Shown here in pieces: positions 1-8,053 of a stretch of 57,958 bases of DNA. This DNA is from a virus (lineage: Duplodnaviria; Caudoviricetes). Each line of letters opens with the position of its first letter. Position 1 is the first letter of the stretch. The position numbers and the translations under genes were made by a program. The notes under the pieces are model-generated. The model did not search any database and had not been told where the DNA came from. It saw only the letters and a list, made by a program, of their open reading frames with translations. The stretch lies in the IMG/VR virus record IMGVR_UViG_3300037842_000637, positions 1-57,958 of that record. One strand, written 5' to 3'.

Positions 1-208
1 CTCGGTCCATGCCCTGCTGTTCACCAGCACGGTACAACTTCTCCATCAGTTCGTCGCGAGTAGTGGCTGCGGCTGCTCGTCGTGCCGGTGCCTCAGTGCC
101 AACGTCATAGAGGAAGCTGCTTCCGTATCCCGCCTCGTGTGATGCTGCATCCAGTATGTCATCAACGCCGGGGATTTCCTTGTAGCCCATGCCCCTGAGC
201 TTGGCAGG
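1..208. repeat. Terminal direct repeat / circular overlap, left copy
   Basis: Identical to 57751-57958 except T128 vs G57878; implies a 57750-bp circle. Confidence 0.97.
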
Positions 209-1159
209 GAAGCCCTCGCCGACCACATTCTCAACGACGATTGGTTTGTTCTGACCAACCAGTTGATCATGCAGCACGCGGAAGGCACCTTGTCCCTCTT
301 CGGCAGCTTCCACTGACGCTACCACTGTTGCGTCGGGAACCTGAGTGCTGCCGTTGTTCCAGTTCTGTCGACGCATATAGATGTCATTAAACAGCGGCTC
401 GTCCGCCACCCGCATCGTTGATTTGAGACCGAGTGTGCCTGTCTCGATCTGACTGAACTTATCAAGCCCTTCGATCGTGCCCGGCTGTAGTGTCGGGTCT
501 ACTCGTGGCGTAGGAAGGAAGTCATCAGACGGCCCACGGAAATCACTGATGCGATTGATGGCGTCGTCGAGAGTGTTGGTTACCCGGAACTTGGTAGCAC
601 CAGTACCACTGAGCTGAGCGATACGGGCTGCCTCGTCAGTGATGCCCGCCATCTGGCTGAGCTTGCCCATCTTGGTCAGTGCCTTGACCGGGCCAGCCAT
701 CGGTACGCCGAGCATGTCGACCGCGAACCCGGCCACGTCTGCCGCTGCGTCACCGTAGTCGATGTTGTCCCAGTCACTGCCGCCGAGACCATCGTTGTTC
801 TCGTCAGCTATACCCCATGTCTCCAACAGGTCACGACCATAGACCGTGTCCTCGTCGTCGGTCACACCGATTGAGTCATGGAACCAGCCGTCGCTCGACG
901 TGATGCCGAGTGCGTCACTGAACGGGATGGCGTTGGCAAGTTCTTCGGGACGACCAGCGAGCAGGCCACGCAGTGCGGCCATCGGCTTGTCGATTGACTC
1001 ACCGATGTACGCGAGGGAGCTGAGTCCTGCCCGCCCAAGCTGGGAGAGTAGTTCCTCTTCCTCTTCGGGAGTGATCTGCTGACCTTGTTGGCCACCGCCG
1101 AACATCCCACCGTGGCCGCCGCCGAACATCCCACTGTTACCGCCGCCGAACATCCCCAT
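1..1159 (-). CDS. N-terminal part of large polyvalent/internal virion protein (joins 54068-57958 across the junction; ~1613 aa total)
   Basis: Read manually: ATG at 1159 (MGMFGGGNSGMFGGGHGGMFGGG...), no in-frame stop down to the overlap, in frame with the ATG at 190 (=57940). Missing from the ORF track because it runs off the edge. Confidence 0.88.
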   Translation of the reverse strand, partial: MGMFGGGNSGMFGGGHGGMFGGGQQGQQITPEEEEELLSQLGRAGLSSLAYIGESIDKPMAALRGLLAGRPEELANAIPFSDALGITSSDGWFHDSIGVTDDEDTVYGRDLLETWGIADENNDGLGGSDWDNIDYGDAAADVAGFAVDMLGVPMAGPVKALTKMGKLSQMAGITDEAARIAQLSGTGATKFRVTNTLDDAINRISDFRGPSDDFLPTPRVDPTLQPGTIEGLDKFSQIETGTLGLKSTMRVADEPLFNDIYMRRQNWNNGSTQVPDATVVASVEAAEEGQGAFRVLHDQLVGQNKPIVVENVVGEGFPAKLRGMGYKEIPGVDDILDAASHEAGYGSSFLYDVGTEAPARRAAAATTRDELMEKLYRAGEQQGMDR

Positions 1160-1168
1160 AGCTGAACC

Positions 1169-3424
1169 TTATCTGTAGCCCGTACCCGGAACATGACGAT
1201 TCTGGGCCGCCCGTGCCACGCCCGCCTTGATGTCCCAAGCGACGAGCTGTTCCACAAGTGCCTCAGTCTCCGGTCCATGTTCCTTTGCTGTCACCATCGC
1301 TTCCGCGAACGTCAAGTTTCCGCTCGCCACGTCGCGGGCCAAGCTCCTGGCTGACTGATCAGTAGAACCGCCCCTTAACGCACGAGCATTAGCAGCGTCA
1401 GCGGCGGCCTTCTTTCTCAAGTCTTCAATGGTCGTCGGTGCTGGCGGTGGACCCGGTGGTGGTGGAGTGAAGTTTCCTGCTTCACCTAGTTTTGCGTTTC
1501 CTTCTCTTTGGATGTCGTCATGCTCCTTCTTGCCTATCAGGCCAGCCTCTAAGTCGTGCGTTGCCTTGGCCATCCTGTCCTTCACTGCTGGGACATTGAT
1601 CTTCTCTGGCTCTCGACGTGCTTCGCCAGTGGCTTTTACAACCTCAAGGTTCCGCTCATGAGCCAACTTGCCATCCTCTAAGGCACGACCACGATCCAGG
1701 AAGTCCTTTGCCGCAGCTTCCTTCTTAGCTTCCTCTGTCGCGGCCTCACCCCTGATGCGTTCACGCCGGGCAGTCTTCCGGTCACGCTGGTCTTTGATCT
1801 TCTTGTTCCGCTCCTCGATCTTCTTAGCCTTGAGCTGAGCCGCCGTCTGCTTCTTGGATGCCTCTGCTTCCTGAATGTCCTTGATGTACCCGAGCTTGCC
1901 ACCGCTCGCTGCGTCCGCTCCCATCAACTGTTTCTTCAGGTCATCCTGCTGCCGGGAGATAGTGTTCTGGATGGACGCTACTGCCCCGCCGACGTACTGA
2001 TCAATCTCGTCGTGGCCGGTCAGCTTCTGCTTGAACTTCTCACCGTTGCGTGCCGCTGCCTTCGCACGCTCGACGTTCTCTTTGCGTGCTGCCTCGCGAT
2101 CCTTGATGTGCTTACGCCGCATCCCGCCAGCCGTCTGCTCCTTGCCCCACCCGTTGTCAGTGCCTTCGATGCGGCGAGAGCTGATCGGTGTGCCAGTCCA
2201 CGGGCCAGCTCCTTCAGGAGCTTCCCTGCCCACGACCATGTCCCTCATCTTCTCCATCGCATCGCTGTGCTTCTGATTCTCTGCCTCTTCCTTAGCCCGG
2301 TTCGCAGTGTTGCTTGCCTGCAATCCAGCGAGCCTGCCGTTGAGGTTGGACATCGGGTCGACCTGACCAGTCTGCTTGTTGCGGAGTCTGGCCGCAGTCT
2401 TCCCCTGCTCAGTAGCTGCGTCCGGGATGTAGCTGCGTCGTCCTTCACGGGCCTTGTTGTTTCCATTGATAATGTCCCGCTGATTATCCATGTGAGTATT
2501 GATCATCGTCTCTTCAGGAGAGTTCCACGTTGGTTCGTCCATGCCCGCGAGCTTAGCCTTGAAGTTCTTGTACTGCTGCTCCGGGGACACTGAAGTCTCA
2601 GCTCTCAGCCGGTCGTTGTCCGGGTTGAAGCTCGGTGCCTGTGGCCGCTCAGGAACTGGGTCGAATCTCAGCTTGTCACGAGTCGGCATCACCGGCTGAA
2701 GCGGACCGTACTGTTCCTCTGGCATCGGTGGCATACCGGGACGTGGGTGCCCGCCCGTTGGCATCGGTGGTGCAGGTGGTCGCGGGTTGGGTGGCGGTGA
2801 GTTCTCTGGCATCGGTGGTCGTGGTGGTGTGCCCCATCCTGCTGATGGCCACCTGTGGGGGGGATTTAACACTGGCTTAATGTCATTTGACTCCATCGGT
2901 GGAGGCGGCGGCACCTGGCGGCGTGACGGTGAGTTCTCTGGCATCGGTGGTGCCGATGGTCGAGGGTGCTGTTGTTGCTGACGAAATTCCATCTCCCGTA
3001 AATTCTGTGGCATAGATGGAAGTGGATCAACGAACATATCAACACTGTCGACGTAGAAGTTAGCAACATTATCCAACATCCTGGTTGACTGCATTTGGTC
3101 GCCGTCCGCTATTCTTTTCCGAGCGTCTGCTGCCACATCACGCAATTCAGAGGTGGGCATTTGCCCCACTCTGTCCATGATTTCGCTAGGATTGAAGCGG
3201 TTCTCTGGGCCAGCCGGGGGAGTGCCACGACGTGCAGCTTTAGATGGGTACTGCAACTGCTGAGCTGCCGCCCGACGCTGCTGGGCCATCGCCTGCTGCC
3301 GCTTGGCTTCCTCGATCCGTTTAAGTTCCTCGATGCGTTCGCGTTCCGCTTGCTCTGCCATTACCTGACGTGCCATTGCTTCGGCGTCCGGGCTTTGGAT
3401 TTGTGGGATCGGCATGGTCTTCAC
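1169..3424 (-). CDS. Pro-rich/coiled-coil low-complexity protein, putative internal virion (ejection) protein
   Basis: 751-aa ORF; repeated PPMP(EN) motifs, charged coiled coils; lies between tail gene and large polyvalent gene. Confidence 0.6.
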   Translation of the reverse strand: MKTMPIPQIQSPDAEAMARQVMAEQAERERIEELKRIEEAKRQQAMAQQRRAAAQQLQYPSKAARRGTPPAGPENRFNPSEIMDRVGQMPTSELRDVAADARKRIADGDQMQSTRMLDNVANFYVDSVDMFVDPLPSMPQNLREMEFRQQQQHPRPSAPPMPENSPSRRQVPPPPPMESNDIKPVLNPPHRWPSAGWGTPPRPPMPENSPPPNPRPPAPPMPTGGHPRPGMPPMPEEQYGPLQPVMPTRDKLRFDPVPERPQAPSFNPDNDRLRAETSVSPEQQYKNFKAKLAGMDEPTWNSPEETMINTHMDNQRDIINGNNKAREGRRSYIPDAATEQGKTAARLRNKQTGQVDPMSNLNGRLAGLQASNTANRAKEEAENQKHSDAMEKMRDMVVGREAPEGAGPWTGTPISSRRIEGTDNGWGKEQTAGGMRRKHIKDREAARKENVERAKAAARNGEKFKQKLTGHDEIDQYVGGAVASIQNTISRQQDDLKKQLMGADAASGGKLGYIKDIQEAEASKKQTAAQLKAKKIEERNKKIKDQRDRKTARRERIRGEAATEEAKKEAAAKDFLDRGRALEDGKLAHERNLEVVKATGEARREPEKINVPAVKDRMAKATHDLEAGLIGKKEHDDIQREGNAKLGEAGNFTPPPPGPPPAPTTIEDLRKKAAADAANARALRGGSTDQSARSLARDVASGNLTFAEAMVTAKEHGPETEALVEQLVAWDIKAGVARAAQNRHVPGTGYR

Positions 3425-3427
3425 CTA

Positions 3428-3466
3428 ATAAAAAAGGGGCAGCCTGTCGGGCAGACAGACCACCCC
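3428..3466 (-). terminator. Rho-independent terminator
   Basis: Minus strand GGGGTGGTCTGTC-TGCCC-GACAGGCTGCCCC followed by TTTTTT. Confidence 0.7.
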
Positions 3467-3492
3467 GTGTTGAACGGAGACTGAGTTGTAGC

Positions 3493-4608
3493 TTACGCCG
3501 TTGAACTTGCCAGGAACTGGAGCAGTCCGTCACGATCAGCAGTCTGAGCGTTACGAGCATCATTCTGTGCCTTCAACATCGCCAAGCGATTAGCGTTGTT
3601 GGTGTTGGCGTACTGAGTGGTGATGCCTGTCTCACCCTGAGTGTCAGCCATTGCACGCTGCAAGGCAGCACGCTGACCATAGGCACCAGCCTGCGGTGAA
3701 GCACCGCCCCCGCCACCCGAGTTGATCATCGCCTGCTCCATCGCTGCGTTCTCGCCCTGGTTCGCAGCGATCGCTCTTGTCGGGTCGATCCTCTCGTACT
3801 GATCACCGCCGATGCCTCGGCTGCCTTGGCCGCTACCAGCATTGGCCATCCACTGCTGAACCAGCTCGTTGTTCTGACCGTACTGCTCGTGCTGGTTCTT
3901 GTACCGCAGGTTTTGCAGGTCAGCCACAGTTTCAGCAGACCGTGCCTGAGTGTCAGCAATCCCTTGCCGTCCTGTGATCTCTGCAAGGCGGCCTTCAAGG
4001 TTACGACCTGACGTCATGTCCGTCATGCCGAGCTGGTTCGCGTAGTTCGCGAGCTGCCCCTCAAGGTTCTTGTCGATGCCGTACGTCTGAACGCCCTGAG
4101 CACCTTCTTGGATACGCTCATTGGCATCGACGCCATAGTTGTTGCCACCTACCTGAGCCTCGATCCCCTGAAGCTGAAGCATCGACGCCAACATACTGGC
4201 CATCGTGTTGTTGTCAGACCCATACATCTGAGCGTCAGCACCGATGCCCGCGTTGGTGACATTCGCCCACGCCTGCTGTGCCGCATTAAACATCCCGGTG
4301 TCGTCGCCGTTTTGAATACGGAAGTCACCGTTCTGCACACTTCCGCCAGAGTTCAGACCCCTGAAGTCCAAGGGCTGAAACGTCTCACGCTGTGGTCGCT
4401 GTGGTGGACCCCAACCACTCGACTGTGCTGGTTCAGGTGCTGGTTCAGGTGCCCCGTAGGTCACGCCGCTGCCGCCACCGAAGCCTTGACCGCCACCGCC
4501 ACCGAAGTTGCTGCCGTTGCCGTATCCGCCGGAGCCAGGCTTCTGTGGTGCTCCACCACCACGTCGCATCATCTGCTCTTGGCCATAGCGTTGTTGTCCC
4601 ATGCCCAT
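3493..4608 (-). CDS. Gly/Gln/Ala-rich putative ejection (DNA pilot-like) protein
   Basis: 371 aa; GGAG RBS; composition and AQ/AN-rich helical repeats typical of podophage ejection proteins; position. Confidence 0.55.
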   Translation of the reverse strand: MGMGQQRYGQEQMMRRGGGAPQKPGSGGYGNGSNFGGGGGQGFGGGSGVTYGAPEPAPEPAQSSGWGPPQRPQRETFQPLDFRGLNSGGSVQNGDFRIQNGDDTGMFNAAQQAWANVTNAGIGADAQMYGSDNNTMASMLASMLQLQGIEAQVGGNNYGVDANERIQEGAQGVQTYGIDKNLEGQLANYANQLGMTDMTSGRNLEGRLAEITGRQGIADTQARSAETVADLQNLRYKNQHEQYGQNNELVQQWMANAGSGQGSRGIGGDQYERIDPTRAIAANQGENAAMEQAMINSGGGGGASPQAGAYGQRAALQRAMADTQGETGITTQYANTNNANRLAMLKAQNDARNAQTADRDGLLQFLASSTA

Positions 4609-4657
4609 CGTATTGTCTCCTAAAAGGTTGTTGTGTGTGGTTGAGTTGGCTTAGACG

Positions 4658-7600
4658 TTACCAGTATATGTTGTAACTCTCGAACGGGTTCTGCTTCGGC
4701 TGACTAGGCCAGTACGGTTGCCTGTACTCGCCCTGACCCGCCCGCTCCTGTGCCATCGCCGCTTCCATAGCCTCTTCCTGTGTCCTGGCCATCAGTTCTG
4801 CTTGTGATCGCTGGTCGCCGACTTGCTGTGGTGGCCCCATATAATCGGGATGGTTTACGCCACCTGGTCCGTAAGAGCTTCCGTCGCCGGGGTCACCTCG
4901 TCCCTCAAAGTAGATCGGGCCATCGTTGTCACCCCGCTGTGGAGGGATATACCCGCCTGTGCCGGGGATGCCGCTGCCGCCTGGTCCCTCGAAGTAGATC
5001 GGGTCATCTCCGCCGCCCGGCGAGTCGTGTAGTCCATCCGGTCCGACCTGAGACGGTGGTCCAAGGTAGTGGTCATCATAGGGTCTGTTCGGAGGTCTGG
5101 TGTTCGGAGGGTGACTGCCGCCTGGTCCTGTACTGCCGTCCGGGTTGTAGCCGGGGTACGGGTTGCCTGTCTCCGGGTTGGCACCGCCGCCGCCTGGGTT
5201 CCAGCCCGGTGTTTGGTATGGGTTGCCGCCGCCCGGACGCTGCGGGTAGCTGCCGCCGCCGTGACCTGGGCTGCCGTCTGGTCCAGGACCGGAAGGCTGA
5301 GAGCCTGGGTACGGGTCAAAAGGACGTGTCGTGTTCCCCGGTCCGCCTGCTGGGTCACCCCGCTCAATGGGTACTCCATCTGGTCCGATCTGCTGCTGCC
5401 ACGGTGGTGACTCAAAGGGGTTGCCGCCGCCGCTCCCTGCCGGTGCTCCGCCTGGTCCTCCGTTGTGTCCGGGGATGGGGCGGGTGCCTGGTCCCTGCCC
5501 GCCGGGCTTGACTGGTGTACCGTCTGGCCTGGTGACAGTCGGCTTGAAGCCCTGCTGAACGGATTTGTTATGGACGAGCACGTTCCCGGCGAAGTAGTTG
5601 TGCTGTCCTTCGACGGTGATGTTGTAAACAGGAACAGCGGTGGCCTGCGACTTCGGCACGATGCTGTCGATCGGCTGGTTCCCCAGGTTCCTAAGCAGTA
5701 CCTGGTCTCCAACGCTCAGGTCTTTGACTGGCACGTACGTCTGAGCGGTGACACTCCAGAACGGATGCTCGCCGGTCACTTCCAGCGTGTCGCCGCCGAC
5801 CTGTACCTTGAACGTATCCTTAGCGTCCGACACCAGCACGTCGGTGACCAGTGACTCAACCTCACTGCCCTCGTCATGATCGTAGGCTACTACTGTGTCG
5901 CCAACTTCGATCGTCTCGATCGCTGTCTCGCCATCAGGTGTAGAGATCGGCGTACCTACCACGAAGCATGTGAAGACTATGTTGCCATCCTCATTGTAGT
6001 GAGACCACGGTCCGAGGGGTGGACGGTTCGGCTGCTGGTTCGGAGGAGCCTGGAACCCGCCACCCGTTCGTCCGCTTGGGTCGTAGCCACCGTCACCACG
6101 AGGAGGACTGTTGCCACGGTCGCCCGGACCTTCGAAGGTCAGTCCGCCACCGGGATCGCCATCACCATGCTCCTGTTGGTTCCTGCGTATCCACCCGGCT
6201 GTTGTTGAGTTGGTCATGCCGCCGCCGCCGCGAGGGTCAGGCACCAGGTCCATTGTTACGTACTGAGGCGGCTGCCCCCAGGCTTCCGGGTAGCCTGTAC
6301 CTTCGGGTCTTTTCATTCGCCCGCCAGCCCCGCCTCCACCTTCGAAGCCCATTCCGCCGCCGGGACCGGACGGATACTTAGGTTGCGACGCATTATACTT
6401 CGATATCTCTTGAGGACTCCAAGTTCTCATGTCATTGGCGTCGCCAGCCCCGCCGCCAAATTGATTATACCACTGCTGGCTGCCCTGGCCGCCTCCACCT
6501 TCGAAGCCCATTCCGCCGCCGTAAATCGTGTCATTGCCTCGGCCACGCGTCGAATCCTGGGTCATGCCGCCCATGTTGTCTGGCCCACGGTTGTAGGTCA
6601 TCGGACCTTCGTAGGTTTCGAACGGGTTCTGTGAAGGCTTCGGCTGGCCGCCCTGCTGTGGTGGACCCGGTGGTTTGCCCTGGTTGTTCCAAGGATTCCC
6701 GCCCTGCTGTCCGCCGCCAGCTTCTCGTCTCGCCTTGTCCTCTGGCCGTTCGTAGATACGTGAGCTGACGTTGCCACCCATGCCTGGAGGTGGAGCCATG
6801 CCGTTGTTGATCTGCTGTTGAGCCGCTCCGTTCGCACCACGTCCACCGGCAATGCCTTGCCCAAAGTCTGCACCGCCGCCCTGCTTCGGAGGTCCGCCGT
6901 TGATCTGGTCAGGTCTCGTGCCGCCGGAGCTGGCCGCTGGTCGAGTCTGATTTTGTGGTGGACGAGGTGCCGGTGGTTTGCCCTGGTTGTTCCAAGGATT
7001 CCCGCCCTGCTGTCCGCCCTGTTGCTGGCCGCCCTGCTGTGTGAAGCCGGGGTTGTAAGTCGACTGCGGCTGCTGCCATCCACTCTGCTGCTGTCCGCCA
7101 ACAGGTATGACGGGTCCGTATGTGGTTGAGTTCTGCATGTCCTGCCACTGCTGAGCACCCTGGCCGCGTCCGCCGTTGGCACCGCCTGCGACCGGGCCTG
7201 TGTAGCTGGGAGGAAAGCCGTTGCTGCCGCCGCTCTGTTGGCCGCCGCTGCTTGGGCCTGCTCTGTATCGACCCTGATCGTCGTACCCACCTGGCGTGCC
7301 GGGGTCCATCCACCACGGGCGGTTGAGTCCACCGTTGTTACCGCCACCGCTGGGTGGTGCTCCTGGAGTTGAGCCGCCTGGTCCACCAGGTCCACCGTTG
7401 CCAGTGCCGCCTGGTCCTCCGTTGCCGCCGCCGAATCCTCCGTTGCCGCCGCCGAATCCGCCGCCGCCACCGTTGCCCATGCCGCCACCACCACCATTCA
7501 TGGTTGCCTGGTAGGCTGGATCGAACGCCATTGAGGATGGGTCACTCGCCGGATCGTACGGGTGGTCCAGTCCTAGACCTGACAGTCCTTCGACTCCACC

Positions 7601-8011
7601 GTAAGTACGAGGCCGCCCGAAGCGTTCTTCCCATGTTGGGGTTCCGCCGCCCTGATCTTCGAGGCCGTTCTGTGCCATCCAGCCGCCGAAGCCGCCATCC
7701 TCTGACATGGGTGGTGCCCCTGGCGTACCGGGCATCCCACCCTGAATGCCGTTCGATCCACCTGGTGGAATCAGCGAAGGGTCTGAACCCCACACGCCGC
7801 CCTGGTTCTGAGGGAGATTGCCCCAGCCTTGGTTAGCGTTGTGGCCGCCTGCACCGAATGATCCCTGAGTGCCGACACCGCCGAAGCCGCCACCACCAAC
7901 AGACATATTGCTGTTGTTCGACCCGAAGCCCCCGTTGTTTTGTCTGGCGGGAGGTCTGTAATTGCCGCCTGCTTGCCCGGACCTTGGATCGTAGTTGTTA
8001 TTTGTTGGCAC
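4658..8011 (-). CDS. Gly/Pro/Gln-rich disordered protein containing a Hint (BIL-A/PT-HINT-like) domain
   Basis: 1117 aa; Hint motifs CFVVGTPI, TGEHPF, VYNITVEGQHNYFA..VLVHN. Confidence 0.85.
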   Translation of the reverse strand: MPTNNNYDPRSGQAGGNYRPPARQNNGGFGSNNSNMSVGGGGFGGVGTQGSFGAGGHNANQGWGNLPQNQGGVWGSDPSLIPPGGSNGIQGGMPGTPGAPPMSEDGGFGGWMAQNGLEDQGGGTPTWEERFGRPRTYGGVEGLSGLGLDHPYDPASDPSSMAFDPAYQATMNGGGGGMGNGGGGGFGGGNGGFGGGNGGPGGTGNGGPGGPGGSTPGAPPSGGGNNGGLNRPWWMDPGTPGGYDDQGRYRAGPSSGGQQSGGSNGFPPSYTGPVAGGANGGRGQGAQQWQDMQNSTTYGPVIPVGGQQQSGWQQPQSTYNPGFTQQGGQQQGGQQGGNPWNNQGKPPAPRPPQNQTRPAASSGGTRPDQINGGPPKQGGGADFGQGIAGGRGANGAAQQQINNGMAPPPGMGGNVSSRIYERPEDKARREAGGGQQGGNPWNNQGKPPGPPQQGGQPKPSQNPFETYEGPMTYNRGPDNMGGMTQDSTRGRGNDTIYGGGMGFEGGGGQGSQQWYNQFGGGAGDANDMRTWSPQEISKYNASQPKYPSGPGGGMGFEGGGGAGGRMKRPEGTGYPEAWGQPPQYVTMDLVPDPRGGGGMTNSTTAGWIRRNQQEHGDGDPGGGLTFEGPGDRGNSPPRGDGGYDPSGRTGGGFQAPPNQQPNRPPLGPWSHYNEDGNIVFTCFVVGTPISTPDGETAIETIEVGDTVVAYDHDEGSEVESLVTDVLVSDAKDTFKVQVGGDTLEVTGEHPFWSVTAQTYVPVKDLSVGDQVLLRNLGNQPIDSIVPKSQATAVPVYNITVEGQHNYFAGNVLVHNKSVQQGFKPTVTRPDGTPVKPGGQGPGTRPIPGHNGGPGGAPAGSGGGNPFESPPWQQQIGPDGVPIERGDPAGGPGNTTRPFDPYPGSQPSGPGPDGSPGHGGGSYPQRPGGGNPYQTPGWNPGGGGANPETGNPYPGYNPDGSTGPGGSHPPNTRPPNRPYDDHYLGPPSQVGPDGLHDSPGGGDDPIYFEGPGGSGIPGTGGYIPPQRGDNDGPIYFEGRGDPGDGSSYGPGGVNHPDYMGPPQQVGDQRSQAELMARTQEEAMEAAMAQERAGQGEYRQPYWPSQPKQNPFESYNIYW
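5567..5968 (-). other. Hint/intein-like autoproteolytic domain (134 aa, no endonuclease)
   Basis: Cys1 at 5966-5968, block B TxxH (TGEH), block F VYNITV..HNYF, terminal His-Asn; +1 residue is Lys. Confidence 0.9.
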
Positions 8012-8053
8012 GTCGGCACCTTTGAATAAGCAAGCGGGGGCAGTTTCAGGATA

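Noticed and set aside
5567-5968. Canonical mobile intein
   Set aside because: No homing endonuclease, +1 residue is Lys, and the host protein is not a conserved enzyme
4855-7497. Alternative-frame ORFs 4855-5712 and 6598-7497
   Set aside because: Shadows of GC-rich low-complexity coding in the 1117-aa gene
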